Source: Chiloscyllium plagiosum (Eukaryota). Taken from it: a stretch of 53,542 nt of DNA. Below are positions 35,455 through 48,904 of the stretch, piece by piece. Numbering within the stretch: the stretch's first letter is position 1; each line of letters begins with the position of its first letter. The notes under the pieces are model-generated. The model had not been told where the DNA came from, ran no database searches, and saw only the letters and a list, made by a program, of their open reading frames with translations. Location of the stretch: positions 10,325,989 to 10,379,530 of the forward strand of contig NC_057755.1 in NCBI RefSeq assembly GCF_004010195.1, in the 5' to 3' direction. Position numbers and translations under genes: made by a program.

Positions 35455-35805
35455 ACATGGAGGTGCTGGTTTTGGACTGTGGTCAATAAAGTCAGAAGGC
35501 ATCAATACCAAGTCATTCACTTGGTATTAAGCTTTTGACACTGGACTTACCCCGTCTGTCACTTCTCATCGTCTGTAAACACTAGTTATTCAGCCTGTTG
35601 GCACTCCACTCACACTTTCTGTCCTTATATGTTGACACTCTTAATTGCCTATAATTATCTTGCAATTATCTCTCCGCCTATGTATTCTGAGCCTGCGTGC
35701 TTGCTTCCACTTCACAGGATGAAGGAACCGCCTCCTAAAACTTTTGATTTCAAACAAACATGCTGGACTATAAACTGGTGTCATGTGACTTCTGACTTTG
35801 TCTGA
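35455..35805. mobile_element. Very degenerate inverted pair of PLE-type terminal repeats (possible third family)
   Basis: aaagtcagaaggcatcaataccaagt near 35490-35515 is a loose inverse of actggtgtcatgtgacttctgacttt near 35775-35800. A decayed core caggatgaaggaaccgcctcctaaaa lies between them. Confidence 0.4.
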
Positions 35806-36572
35806 AAGTGTAACAACAGTCAGAAACACTGACAAGACTAAAATTATGGATCAAAGATTTACGTTTCTCGACATTATGTTGTACAAATTATTTCTTTATC
35901 ACTCACTCATTGAAACTTTGCAACACTTTGTGCAGACATTTTATATCCGTCCTGTATTTTCCGGTCCCATCTTACTTTGAGAAATCACCAACATAACACA
36001 TGATCCCAACGTGTCAGTAATTAATGAAGATCATAAAGAGTTGGGTCTCCAGCAATGATCTTTGTTGCACCCACTAATACCAGTCTCACAGTCCGAAAAT
36101 GACCTGTTTATTCCCACTTTCCATTTTCTGTCCTTCATCAGTCCTGACACCAAATTCTAATTTTCCATTATTATCTGAGCTCAATGACATGCACAAACCC
36201 CAGTTTCAGCAATATCTGGATTTTATAATTCTGCATCCTTTTGTTTGCAAGTAACTCCCTAGCCTTAATGCTTTAGTTCCTTCAAATTCTTTTTATCCCA
36301 TCATCAGTCAGCTGTTTTGAGTCTTCTTCACTGTATATGTCCAGTATGATGAAGGAAACATTGAATGACTGACTACTATCTGCTATGTAGTGCTTATGTG
36401 TGTGCCACAGTATCAATTTAAGTACATGTTCAGTACACTGCAGGTAACAAAGAATATGTTAATTTTAGAAATTGAGTTTGAAAAACTAATAATCCGATAA
36501 CACATCACAGATCGTGGACAAAAAATTGGTGTTAAATCTCGCCACATAATTCCAAAGTCACGGCAAAGTTAA

Positions 36573-37485
36573 GTCATAGAATCATACAGCAGGGAAACAG
36601 ACCCTTCAGTCCAACCCTTTTGTGCCAACCAGGTTTCCGAAATTAAATGCTCCCACTTACATGAGTTTCGTCCATATCCTTCATGTACCTATCCAAATGT
36701 TGGAATTGTTTTTGTACCTGCCAATTTCTGGCAGATCATTCCACGTGGTCTTTGTGAAAGAAGTGAATCTCAAGTCTCTTTTAAATCTGTTTCTTCTCAC
36801 CTTAAAATTATGCTGTCTAGTTCTGAACTCCCCAAACGTAGGGCACAGACCTTTGCTATTCACTTTATGTATGCCCCTCAAGGTTTTACAAGACTTTACA
36901 ATGTCACCCCTCAACCTTCTACGCTCCAGTAAAAAAATACCCAAGCCTATCCATCATCTTATTATAACTTAACTTCCAGGCCAGATTAAACACTTTGCGA
37001 TCTTTTCTGCGCCCTCTCCAATTTAATAACAACGGTCCTATAGCAGGGAAACCAGAACTGTACCACAAAACTGCCCTCACTAATGCCCCATAAAACGACA
37101 ACATAATGTCGCAAGTAATTTACTTGATCATCTGAGCAATGAAGGCAAGCGTGACAAATGCCTTCTTCACTACCTTGATTAATTCTGATACAACTTTCAT
37201 GAAACTATGCAGCTGAACCCTTTGATCTCTCTGTTTTACAATACTCCTCAGCGCCCAACCATAAACTGTATAAGTCCTGTCCGTCTCCATCTTATCTGAA
37301 GTGCAACACCTTGCATTTCTCTCAATTATACACATTCTGCAACTCCTCGATCAATTGGCTCAATTGATCAATCTCCCTTTGTAATCTGAGATAACTTTCC
37401 TCATTGTCCACTATTACACCAATTCTGATGGCATCCGCAAACCTCATAACTATGCTTCATAGATTCTCATCCAAATCGTTGACAT
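36573..37485 (-). mobile_element. CR1 LINE 3' fragment
   Basis: LERRRLRGDIVKSCKTLRGI...RTRQHNFKVRRNRFKRDLR and VVKKAFVTLAFI. Confidence 0.9.
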
Positions 37486-37973
37486 AAAACCTGAATAAAA
37501 TCTGAATAACATAAAGTTGAGTCTGCCATAGAATTAATCATTTCAGTGGTCATAAAGGTCCTTCAGCAAGGAGACAGGCCATTTGGCCCAAAATATGATT
37601 GTGGGTGAACGGAAAGCCAATGTTCGTCAGTAAATACGGTGGAGTAGCCGAGATAATGAGGGTAGTCATGTTGCAAGCTCTTTCCTCCGAAAACCCTCTA
37701 ACAGTCTGTGTGACATTTCTGCACATTATTACTGAATGGGACACATAATTTGCCTCATTATGTAAAATTATGCCCAGAATCACAGTATTCTGGTTGATTG
37801 CAAACTGCCTCGGGGCAATTAGGGATACTTAATAAATTTTGACACAGCCAACAATGGCCACATCATGGGAATGAACAAAACAAAATGAAAATTGGAGCCT
37901 GATGACTCTGCTTACAATTGACAAAACTCGTCACGATTTATGATGATGTACCAACCTTATTAATTATTAAATA

Positions 37974-38674
37974 CAGTGGAAACTCAATTATCAAACGTGA
38001 TGGGCGGACGCTATTTCGTTCGGATAATCGGTTGTTTGGAAAATCGATTTAATGTCTTTCCTCTGGGTCTCGGAGTTCTAAAGCCTGCTCGCTATTCAGA
38101 AGACTGCAGCAGCGCACAGCACGAAAGACCACACCCCAAACCCGCCCTCAGTCCAACACCGGCCCCCAAACTGGTCCAACACTGCCTCCCACCCCCAAAC
38201 TGGTCCAGACCCGAGGCCCCGCCCCCACCCAGACCACCCCGGCCCCTCTCCGGGGCATCCAGATTGAACACTAAGAAGAAGACTGCTGCTCCCTCTGTCT
38301 TTGTGGGTAAGTCTCCAAATAGTGCACAGACGCACACACACAGACACAGCCACACACGCACAACTTTTGATTGTAAATTTTTGACAGGTTCCATGTTTGA
38401 CCTAGACACGACAATGTTGGAGAGATTATTCCTGCAAAGCGAGGGGCACTTCGGGTACACCCCTCTGTAGAAACCCAGGGGAAGTGTGGCAAGAGAGTGT
38501 GAGAAGGCGGGAGGTCAGTCATTTGGAGACAGTGCCCGTTTAATCACTATAAACAAAGGCACGATCACTGCTGGAAACACGTCTTTGGTGTAATGTTTCT
38601 ATCGGGACCTCGAGATCTCCTTCACATAATCTGATTTTCGCATAATTGTCATTCAGATAATTGAGTTTCCCCTG
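37974..38674. mobile_element. Tc1/mariner-Tigger (pogo)-like non-autonomous DNA transposon (MITE)
   Basis: TIRs cagtggaaactcaattatc (37974-37992) and gataattgagtttcccctg (38656-38674) match 18/19. TA on both sides; no transposase ORF. Confidence 0.88.
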
Positions 38675-39096
38675 TATTACTATTTTGCTTTGCTTCATTT
38701 GTTGCATTCATTGTTTAGTCTGCCAGTCATAAGTCTGTCAATAAAAAACTTCAGACACAGAACAGCAAACCACCAAATGAATGTACAAAAATAAACAATG
38801 TCCTGATTTGCTAACTTATTTGTACCATATATTCTTGCATAAGATAAAGCGACAAAATGTTAAAGACAACATTGCAAAATATGTCCACTGTATTTCTACA
38901 GTTGAATTTAAAAATGAAACAATGGTGGTCAAACAAAGGTCCCAGAGGGACGTTAAGAGTTGAATGCATTGTTGTGACTCTGGACATAACTGAACATCGT
39001 CTGTCAGCAATAACTGGAAAATTATAGATATATTTAGTTTCATTAGTGGTGTATTTCATGATTCTGTTTTTGAATCATCCTGCAATGGATTTCTAG

Positions 39097-39250
39097 CATG
39101 CCAGGAAGCTGATAAAAGAAAAATCCATGAGTGAGACCTTGAAATTCATTTTCGATAAAGTAGCATTGAAGACAATGTGGTTAATATGGTTAAATATAAA
39201 CGGCGAGACACCAAAGCTGAATGAATTATGGAATGATCTACGAAAGAAAG
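39097..39250 (+). pseudogene. Exon encoding the second half of an NLR N-terminal death-fold-like module (copy 1)
   Basis: ttctag|CAT acceptor, open frame HARKLIKEKSMSETLKFIFDKVALKTMWLIWLNINGETPKLNELWNDLRKK, donor G|gtatt. Paralogous to 43086-43256. Confidence 0.7.
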
Positions 39251-40369
39251 GTATTATCTTGCTGGATACTGCAGCATGTATATGTCGATTACATATCTCA
39301 AAAGATTTTTTAAGAGGGAGGATAGCATCACATAGCATCCGTCAAATTTAACAGCAGCACCAACACAGACGGAAGGCCAGTACGTAGCACTTCAAACAAC
39401 TCTTCAAATAAAAACATTTGTAGGAGATCATGAAAAAATGATGTACTCTCAGCCTCAATATCCTGACCCTGAGCACACCTACGCCCAGTCCCCCACCCCT
39501 ATCCTGTATCATAGTTAGATGGACAGTGAATGGGAATTTATTTTCTCAAGGCATGTTGTGTGGAATTCAGTGAGTGTCCAGGCCGATATATCTGGTTTAA
39601 ATAGTTATGCAAATGTAAGCCTGAGTACTTCCTTGTGTTCTATGTGATACCTACTTTTGACAACATTGCAACTAGATCCTTGTTCCTGAACATTCCTAGA
39701 CTCACTGATGAAAATTGGCTCACAGCTGGACTTCATAATTCTGCATCATGTTTTCGTACAAATCTCTCCTTGGCCTCACCCCGCGTCTTCCTTCAAACTG
39801 TTCCATTCAGTCATCAGTTGGCTGTTTAAAGTTTCTCCACTGTACATGTCCAGTGCCCTTTACATAACAGAGAATGATTCATTCCCATCTGCTGTTGTAC
39901 AGGTTGTGTGTATTTCAGTATCAGGCACTGTACATGTTAAAAGCACTGCAGATAATAGAGCAGTTCACTTCCATCCACTGTTGTACAACTCGTGTGTGCC
40001 TCAATGTCAGCTGCTGTGCGTGTCCACTAATTATAGAGCATAGAAATGTATAGCACGGGAACAGTTCACGATGTCGTGCGAATATCTGCACCTATTCGGC
40101 GGATAAAGAGAATAATTCACTTCCAACTACTGTTGTACATTTCATGTCTGTCTCACATGAACATGTATAGAGTACTGTAGGTAACAGGGAGTGAATTACT
40201 CTGGCAGATGGCTTTGAAAAATATACTAACAAACTGAAAACATTCCTGAGATTGTGTGCAAGACACAGATGTGACGTCATAGCTCCCCGTTTCATTTCAA
40301 AATCACAATAAAGTTGAGTTTGACATCAGATTAATGACTCCAGTAGCCACTGGATGTTGCAATTTAGTT

Positions 40370-40715
40370 TATTCCTTCATGAGATGTGGCTGTCGGTAGC
40401 TCGGCCAAAATTTGTTGCCCATTCCTCATTGCTGAGAGGCCAGTTAAGAGTCAACTACATTTCAGTGCTTCTAGATTCACACGCAGTCCAGACCAGGTAA
40501 GGATGCTAGTATCCTTCCCTAAGGGCATTAGTGGAATAGAATTGTTTTACAACAACTGACAATAGATTCATGGTCATCAGTAGATTGGTATCATCCATAT
40601 TTTTTATTGGAATCAAATTCCCCCGTCTGCACATCGTGGGATTCGAACCTTTCTCATCAGGACTTTATCTGGGCCTCTAGATTGAAGATCCAGTTATAAT
40701 ACCACAAAGGTAATT
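40370..40715 (-). mobile_element. Deu/SacSINE1-like tRNA-derived SINE
   Basis: B-box-like ggttcgaatccc on the minus strand (~40638-40649); tail shared with the adjacent LINE and with 37810-37890. Confidence 0.7.
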
Positions 40716-40799
40716 TCTATCTCAAAATTAAGAACGAAATTAAGAATGTCCGGCAGGCCAAATAATGAAAGGAATAGAAATGATAGCATTATTTTGGAT

Positions 40800-41560
40800 T
40801 ATCAAATGGCATGGGTGTGTCAGTGGCTGTGTAAGTAATTATTAATAATCCCTAATTGCCTTGGAGGTGGTCGTCATGAGGTGTCTTCTTGAATCACTGC
40901 AGTCCATCTCCTGTGGGTAGATCCGCAATGCATTTGGGGAGGGAGTTCCAATAGTTTCACCCAGCAATAGTAATGAAACAATGATGTATTTCCAAGTCAC
41001 GATGCTAAACGGCTGGGGGAATTGGAGACAGTGGTGTTCACATTAATATGCTGCACTTGCCCTTCTCGCTGGAAGTGATCATGGGTTTGGAAGGTGCTGT
41101 CGAAAGATCTTTGGTTAATTTCAGCAGTGCATCTTGTCGATGGTACACAAAGCTGCTGCTGAGTATGAGCAATGGAGACAATAGACATCTGTGCATGTGG
41201 TGTCAAAAAGCAGGTTGCACTGTTCTGGATTGAAAATGATTCTTGAGTGTTTTGGGGCTGCATCCATCAAGGCAAGGGGGAAGTATTCCATCACATCCCT
41301 GTCATGTGCTGCATAGATCGTGGACAGTTTTTGAGCAGTTTGGAGATGAGTTACTCTTTGCAGAATTCCGAGCCTCTGACTTTTTCTTGTAGCCACTGTA
41401 TTTGCATGGCGAGTGCAGTTGAGTTTCTATTCAATGGTAACGCAAGGATGTTGATAACAAGGGGATTCAATGATGGTAAAAATCATTGAAAGGCAATGGG
41501 TTGTTGTTAGATTGTTAGAAGTTATTGGAAACGGCCATTAACAGTGATTTATGCGTCGTA
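40800..41560 (-). mobile_element. CR1/L2-superfamily LINE 3' fragment (distinct family)
   Basis: ATRKSQRLGILQRVTHLQTAQKLSTIYAAHDRDVMEYFPLALMDAAP (post-RT region). The 3' tail ggcaattaggga is shared with the Deu-like SINEs. Confidence 0.8.
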
Positions 41561-41653
41561 AGTGTTATTTAGCACACTGACGTCACTTTAAGAAGTAATT
41601 TCCAATATATTGCACTGGAAACAATAGTTTTCTTCTCTTCCTTCACGTCGCAG

Positions 41654-41820
41654 TTGATGAGATTAAGCTAAATGAATTTCTGAAGAATGTCTCAGAGTAT
41701 GATCTGCAAGATATCCCAGCACACAACAGAAATAGCTTGGAATACGCAGTTGAAGAACTTGGTGAACATCTTGCCGTGGGTTAATTGATTAAAAGATTAA
41801 TTTCTGACGAAGAAATCAAG
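41654..41820 (+). pseudogene. Exon encoding the first half of the death-fold-like module (internal stop, donor lost)
   Basis: Polypyrimidine tract plus cag acceptor. DEIKLNEFLKNVSEYDLQDIPAHNRNSLEYAVEELGEHLAVG*LIKRLISDEEIK, with TAA at 41782-41784. The expected GT reads AT; phase-0 end fits the next exon. Confidence 0.6.
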
Positions 41821-43085
41821 ATATATTGTTTGAATTAAGTATTTTGATCGGAAGCCTTATTTTCGGGTCAATTTGTGATTCTCATTTTGTACCTGAATTT
41901 TACTCCGCTGAAACTAAGTGAACAAATTTACATTGTATGCTCAGTAAGGCACCAAATCACAGCATAACACGGATCCAGAAATAAATGTACACATTTACAC
42001 TGACTATTTAGAAGGTGACAGGTGAAAAACACCTTCACGAAATTACTATTTCAAGCTTTCAGTCAACGAGGGGAAATTGTTTAAAAGACAATGTATTTTG
42101 ATAGAGTCTCACAAACCTTTAGTGACCACATTCTACCAGTACAACTGCTGCTGCCAGGTTGAAATAAAGACAATGTGTAACGAACTCAGATAGTTACAAT
42201 AGTTTAGGAACGCATTGTCACAATGAAGCATGATGCACTGGCTATTTAGAAGACCATTGAATGGCTTGAGTTCATTGCTTGAATTTCAAAACCTAATTGT
42301 TGATGAATGGAAAGATAATATTCATCATTGCATACGATGGAGTGGCAGGGACGCCGAGGGTGAAAATGTTGTAAGCTGTCTCTTCAGAGCAATAACATAT
42401 TTCGGGCTCCTTAACCATCTGTGTTGTCTGTCAGTTGTTTCTGAATTGGGAGACATAATTTTATGCATCAGAATTGTTCAGTGCAGATTAAGTCTGTTTC
42501 ATTCAAATCCATTACCCTGTCATTCTGAAAGAATGATTTACTTATGGACTGCCATGTCAACCGATCCCTTCAATGTGACTTTTAAATACAAAACTTACAT
42601 CTCCAGAAATAGTACAGGAAACCACCACATTGCCAAAAACCTGAAATGGACAGTTAAATTGAAACAATATCCTGATTTGCGGACTTATTTATTCTGTGAA
42701 TAAAGCATGAGCTAAAGTGTCAAATTAAAGGCACCAATGCAAAATGTTTCAATTGTTTTATTGTAGTTGAATTGGACAGCATGTGGCAACAATTGGCAAA
42801 GTGGTCTTATTCTGTTTTTGGAAGACGCTCTACATGACTAGCAGCATATGTGGAGAGAAATTGTGTTAGCATTTCAGCTGCAGTGACACTTCTTTAGATC
42901 TCTTCTGAAAAAGAGTCACTGGAAACAAAACAGAGGCTCTGATATCTGTCCACAGATTTGCAGAGTGTAAACAGCTCTTTCTGGTTTTAGTTCAGATTTC
43001 CAGCATCTGCAGTTTTTTACATTTGTATGTTTTGATGCTGTAGCTCATGATGTTGATTTTAAATGATATTTCAATGTGTTTCTAG

Positions 43086-43256
43086 CACGTGAAAAATTGA
43101 TACTTGAAAAGAGCAAGAGCGAAGCTTTCCAGTTTATTCTTGATAAAGTAACAGAAAATGGAATTGAAGCAAAGAAGATAATGTGGGAAACATGTTTGAA
43201 GATGAGTGATGTGACACCCAAGCTGAGAAAAATACGGAATGACCTATTACATAAAG
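43086..43256 (+). pseudogene. Exon encoding the second half of the death-fold-like module (copy 2)
   Basis: tctag|CAC acceptor, KLILEKSKSEAFQFILDKVTENGIEAKKIMWETCLKMSDVTPKLRKIRNDLLHK, donor G|gtatg. A 1-bp deficit in the A-run at ~43092-43096 relative to the frame of copy 1. Confidence 0.75.
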
Positions 43257-44111
43257 GTATGATCATTCTTGTATATACACCATGTCTCCAAATACATGAA
43301 GTCTTTGATTCTGATCGCTTTTTCTTATATTGGAAACGTTTATTAATCAATAGATAACAAGCATCAATATCAAAGCAACAGAATGAATGAATATATTGTC
43401 GGGAATGTATTGCAGTTATGTTTCATATTCTTTTAAAGTGATGGTTTTTTTTAAAAAATAATTTTAAAAACTCCTAATCTGTTGCTCTCAAGTATCTAAA
43501 ACATTCCAGACAATATTATAGGATAAGTAGATGAACATATCCAATCAGAAAATATAAAATAAGAACAGATGTAGATATTCTCCAGCATTCAACATATTCA
43601 CCGCTGATCAAATATTCCTCACGGTGACATTCCTGTCCCTTCCCAATCAGCCTTGATTCTGCTTGATATTTCATCAAAAAATTTGAATGAATTACGCAGA
43701 CACAATTTCCCTTTCATGACGCTATGCTGACTTTACAGGATTGGATGATGATACTCCAAATATTCTGCTCTTACTTCCTTTATAATTAATTCCAGTGTTT
43801 TTCAAACACTAGATGTCTCCCTCCCTTTTTGAATAAAGAAGTCACTTAAACATTTTGCCAAACAACTGTTACTTCCGAAGAACTGAAGGAATACAATCAA
43901 AGCATCCGTAATCTACAAAGCTGTCTCTTTTAGGATCTTAACTCTTATTGACATGTTTCATATTCCTTACTAATTTGCCCTCATTTACCTTTTTAAGGCC
44001 GCTTTTGCTGGATTCTAAATTTATACCAGTCTTCAGGGCGATTAAAAACTCTTGCCTCCTGATATGCATTTTCTTTCAACTTAATTTACTCCATAACTGA
44101 AAAAATACGAT

Positions 44112-45785
44112 GTCTACTTCCCTAGACCAGTCCCTGCCCACGCACATCAACAATTCCTCTGACTCTTTCCACCAGTTTTTGAATTTCCAGTTTGCAGGTT
44201 CCAGGTATCTACGAATTACCATGGACGTGTAACCTCCTTTGCACATTCATCCCCACCAGGATTGTCTCAGGGCTCTTCGTTTCTGGCTGGATCAAAGGCC
44301 TGAACATTCCAACCCACGTGCCCTTGCCCGAGCTCGTTCTCACCATCAACAGTTTCTCTTTTAACTCCTCTCATTTTCTTCAGGTCAGAGGGGTGACAAC
44401 ATGTACCCGCACAGACCCCATTTATACCCATCCCTTCTTTCTCTGATATAGCGATAACATAATGGGTGCTGCTTCCTTCTCTTGCCTGGAATTGGAAAAG
44501 TTCATGCATTTTACTTCGAACTTCTAAACCACCCTGCCTTTCACATTGTCTACCCTTGACACCTGTCTTCCCTTTCTCAACATCTTTATTTCCATTTCTG
44601 AGGATAGACTTGCCACGAATGTGGGCTATAATCCCACCAAGTCCCACAACTATCAGGAATATACACTCTTGCATGCTACTTATTATAAAGACTCCATTCT
44701 ATACTCCCAATACATTGCTTATGTTTTAACGAGGCCTACATCGATCAGAGGGTCTCTGAAATGTCGTTTCTTCCTCAACCAAAGGATTTCCCAGCACTGT
44801 TGTTGACAGCACTGTTCACCGGGTCCGACCCATCTCCAACTACTCAGCCCTACCCCTTCCCTCCCACAAAAGTTATGCTTGTCCTTACCTACCATCCCAC
44901 GAGCATCCACATTCAGAAGATCATCAGCTGCCATTTCTGCCGCCTCCAGCGAGATGCTACCACCATCCACATATTCCCCTCCCCTCATTTGTCCACCCTT
45001 CATAGGGACCATTACTTCTGAAACGCTTTGTCCACTCTTCCTTCACTCCCAACGCTACTCCACAGCCCCATCGCACCTCCCTCCGTCCATTTACTTTCTC
45101 ACTCCTCAGTATCCAAGGATCCAAACATATCTTCCTAGAGAAGCAGCATTTAATCTGCACTTCCCACAGTGCTGTCTACTGCATTCGCTGCTCACAATGT
45201 GGTCTCCTCTACATCGGTAAAACGAAGCATAGACTGGGTAGTCGTTTGAAAGAACATATGCATTCTACCGGTAAAATGGACCCTGAGATTCCAATTGTCT
45301 GCCACTTTAACAGACACCCATGTTCCCTGGCCAACATCTCTGTTTCATGCTTGCTGCAGTGTTCCGGCAAAACTCAGTGTAACCTGGAAGAACAGCACCT
45401 CATTGTTCACTTGGTGAGCCTGCAGCCATTTGGACTCAATATCGAGTTAAATACTTTTACGTCCTGAACTCTCCTATTTCCTAGTCCCCTACCCCACACA
45501 GCAGACATTGTTATCATACAGTTTGCCAATACACACGACCTATTGTTAACCAGGCACAGACACCAGTCACCATCTCAGTCAATCCTTTATCCACTCCATT
45601 GTCTATATAACTGTTCTCACTCTTTGGGGTCTATCTACTTCAGCCTAGCCTTTCCACACTCTACCTTCTGCAGATAAACCAACATTTTCCAACTACCAGC
45701 AGTGCTGAGGAAAGGTCAAGGAACCTGATGCATTATCTCTGATTTCTATTCGCAGATGCTGCCACAGCTACTGAGTTCTTCCTGC
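44112..45785 (+). mobile_element. PLE remnant (paralog of 3145-5190)
   Basis: LPELVLTINSFSFNSSHFLQVRGV (RT); VYCIRCSQCGLLYIGKTKHRLG-like GIY-YIG near 45175-45250; CNLEEQHLIVHLVSLQPFGLNIE. Confidence 0.9.
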
Positions 45786-48447
45786 AACTTATATGTTTGG
45801 GCACTCCTTAACATCCTTGGCTTGCCCGAGTTTGTTCATACCTCTCTTATATTTTTTCTTAGTTACTGGGATGAATTTTTGAAAAAAATTAAATATCTTA
45901 AATATCTACCACTGCGAATTCGTATTATTCCTGCCCAGTTCACTTCAGGCACTTCTATCCTTATTTAATTGCAATTCCCTTTATTTAGGTCATACATCAG
46001 TGTCTCCAAACCAAGCTTCTCACTGTTAAAGTGAATATTAAATTGTGCCAGTATGCGATCATTTCTTCCTTGGAGATCTTTTCTTCTGAGATTTTTTTTC
46101 ACTTGTCCCATTTTTTATTACTAGGTATAAGATAGCTTGTTCCCTGGTTAGCTCCATGATATATTGCTCTAAGAAACTGTTTTTTTTTTGTTATTATTAT
46201 CCTTATATGGGACGTGGGAGTCACAGGCTCGATCAACATTTATTGCCCAAGTTTAGAACAGTAGTGATGGATAGCACAGAAACTCACCATTTGGTACAAC
46301 TCGTCAATGCCGACCAGATATATTAAATGAATCTATTCCAATTTGCTCGCACTTTTCATATGTCCCTTTACACCCATCATATTCATATACCCACCAACAT
46401 GGCTTTAAACGTTGCAAATGTACGAGTCTCTACCATTTCCTCTGACAGCTCATTCCATACACTGGCTTCTGCATGAAAACGTTCCCACTTAGGCCACTTT
46501 TAAATTTTACCCCTCGAATGCTAAACATCTGCCATCTTGTTTTGGACTCCGCTTCCCCAGGTGAAAGACATTGGCTATTTATCCTATCCACGCCAATCAT
46601 GATTTTTAAACCTCTAAAAGCTTCACCCCTCAGTCTCAACCACGTTGCTGTCGATCTGGAGTCACTTGACGACCAAAATAGGTAAGGTCAGCAGATTCCT
46701 TCATTAAAGGATATGAGCCAAATTGATGGGTTTTTTTCCCCCAGATATTCAACAATGGCTCCATGGTCAACATTAGTCTCCTATTTCCAGAGTATTGTTG
46801 AATCATGCTCCACCAACTGCATGGCAGGGTTCGAATTCAGATTCCCACAATATAACAAGTCTCTGGATTAATTGTCTCAGAGTAAACCAATTGGTGAATA
46901 TCTACCCTAAATTCACTGTCCCTAATGCTGACTGAAGTGACTGACAGATTCGCGAAAAGATGCATGAAAGTATATATATGGTGAAAAGGGAAACGTTGGC
47001 AGTATGGGATAAATGAATTAGCAATAGGAGAAGATATGACTTAAAAATTAAAGGAGCTGAATTAATATCACCGAAAAAAAATGAGTAAGACGGCTTTCAT
47101 AATCACTTGCTCATTTTGCAAATCTAATATTTTTTTAATGCATGCCCTGGAAAGCCAGAACTTCCTGAAACAAATATCAACACAGTCTCTCATTGTCCAA
47201 GTATAATTCGTCTTTTAATCTTGTTGCCAAAATCACCAACTTCACATATTCCCACTCTTTGTTTCATTCCTTCAAATCTTTGGCAACTTGTTAATCTATC
47301 TATGGACCATTCTCATCTTCTCTTCATCAGTTCCATTCCTCCCTGACTTGGTGTCATCAGCAAATCTAACCAAAAAAAAACAAATCGAGGTTGTTTCTTC
47401 CACGTCACAAACATTGTTTCCATGCTATATATCTCTATGACTCTATAACTGACTACCAAACATCATGATCAGTATCTAACCTCTTCTAATATCTTGCCAT
47501 GAATTAAGGACTCACCTAAGATTACTGTCTGCTTCCCGGTAGTTAGTCAATGTTTTTACTATATCAATGTAACTGTTATACCATGATCATTTACTTTCAT
47601 ATTGCATGCAATCAAATAACTTCCAGGTATCTAAGCATATCCATCATTTTCACATCAGTCACGTCATGTTACGTTCTCATAAAATTCCAATGAACAGGCT
47701 GAATGCAATTTCCCTTTCACAAAACCATGTTGACTCTGCCCAGTTATCTCTACTTTTGCTGTAGAGATTTAGTTATTTGAAATAGTTTCTAACATGTTCT
47801 CTCACAGAGGTATAAAGATCTATAGCTGGTCACATTTTGCTACTGCATTCAATTTCCAATTCGGAAATTTAGGGAATTTTAGAAAACCGAAACCAATTTG
47901 ATCGCATCTCACTAAATATTTCTTTAAATGCGTACAGATAGGTTCCACAGGACCCCTGGATTGAAATTCGCATCTTTCAAACTATTCAGTCACATATTCT
48001 TGATGATTTAAGTTTTGTTTTATGTTCTTGACTCCCTTATTTCCTGTAATTCCTGACATGCAGCCATTTTCAGAACCTTCTCTGCTGTGAAGACCAATAC
48101 AAACTAGAATTAATTTAAAGTCAGCATTTTTTGACATGAAAAGTTTCGCAAATTTACTTTTGAGGAGCACATGGAAAATGGAGACATGTATGCTTTGTTT
48201 TGTCAGAACGAAGCAGGGAATTCTCATACAGTGTGCTGATGTTTGGAAGTTATTCTATTTAATTTCTCTGTGAAGTTAGTTATTTTACGTTTGTAATGTC
48301 TCATCTATTTGGAAGTGAGTGAACATTTTATTGAAAAACTCCTTGATTGACAATGAATCCGATATTATGACACATGGAATTGCAATTAATTTTCTTTCTT
48401 GTTCAAAGATTAAATAAATCATGTTTTAATAATTTTCTCATTTACAG

Positions 48448-48700
48448 GAGAGTACACAGCCCATGCAGCTCCTAAATGTTAATTCATGGTACCTAAGGCA
48501 ACATCCTGAAGTGACCAATGTGGGTGGCACCTTTTGTGGGTGGCATTTACAAATCGTATACTTCATTGCATATGAATGCGTAATTTCATGCTCCTGGAGG
48601 AGAGACAATTCAGGAAAACAAGAAGAACGGATTCTGTCCAGTTTGTAAAATGTCATCCAGCTTCAGGAGTGGCTGAAATAAACATCAAATATAAATGTAT
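48448..48700 (+). other. Possible terminal exon plus 3' UTR of the plus-strand death-fold gene
   Basis: Acceptor ttttctcatttacag; phase-1 continuation gives (G)EYTAHAAPKC* (stop ends 48482). AATAAA at 48677-48682 is also present in the paralog at 8025-8030. Confidence 0.3.
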
Positions 48701-48904
48701 CAATTTTTTTGTGAAATTTCAAAATTTGATTGAAATTGTCAACAATTTGTTGATGGTCTAGTTTCATGCTCAACATTATTTGTGTTAATCAGTTTGATTT
48801 TAGTCTGAGTGCACAACACAATCAGTAAATTGAACTCCTGTGTGTTACCTTCTATTTTTATGTTGTTTGAAGTATTGTATTAATACCACATCCTAATATC
48901 TACA

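Noticed and set aside
37976..38522. Pro/Gly-rich ORFs on both strands
   Set aside because: They lie inside the TIR-bounded MITE, are low complexity and have no recognisable domain.
40630..40660. tRNA gene (ggttcgaatccc on the minus strand)
   Set aside because: It is the B-box of a tRNA-derived SINE head; no cloverleaf can be formed.
40272..41585. Perfect CRE palindromes TGACGTCA (40272-40279, 41578-41585)
   Set aside because: Isolated 8-mers with no promoter context or paralog conservation that I could show.
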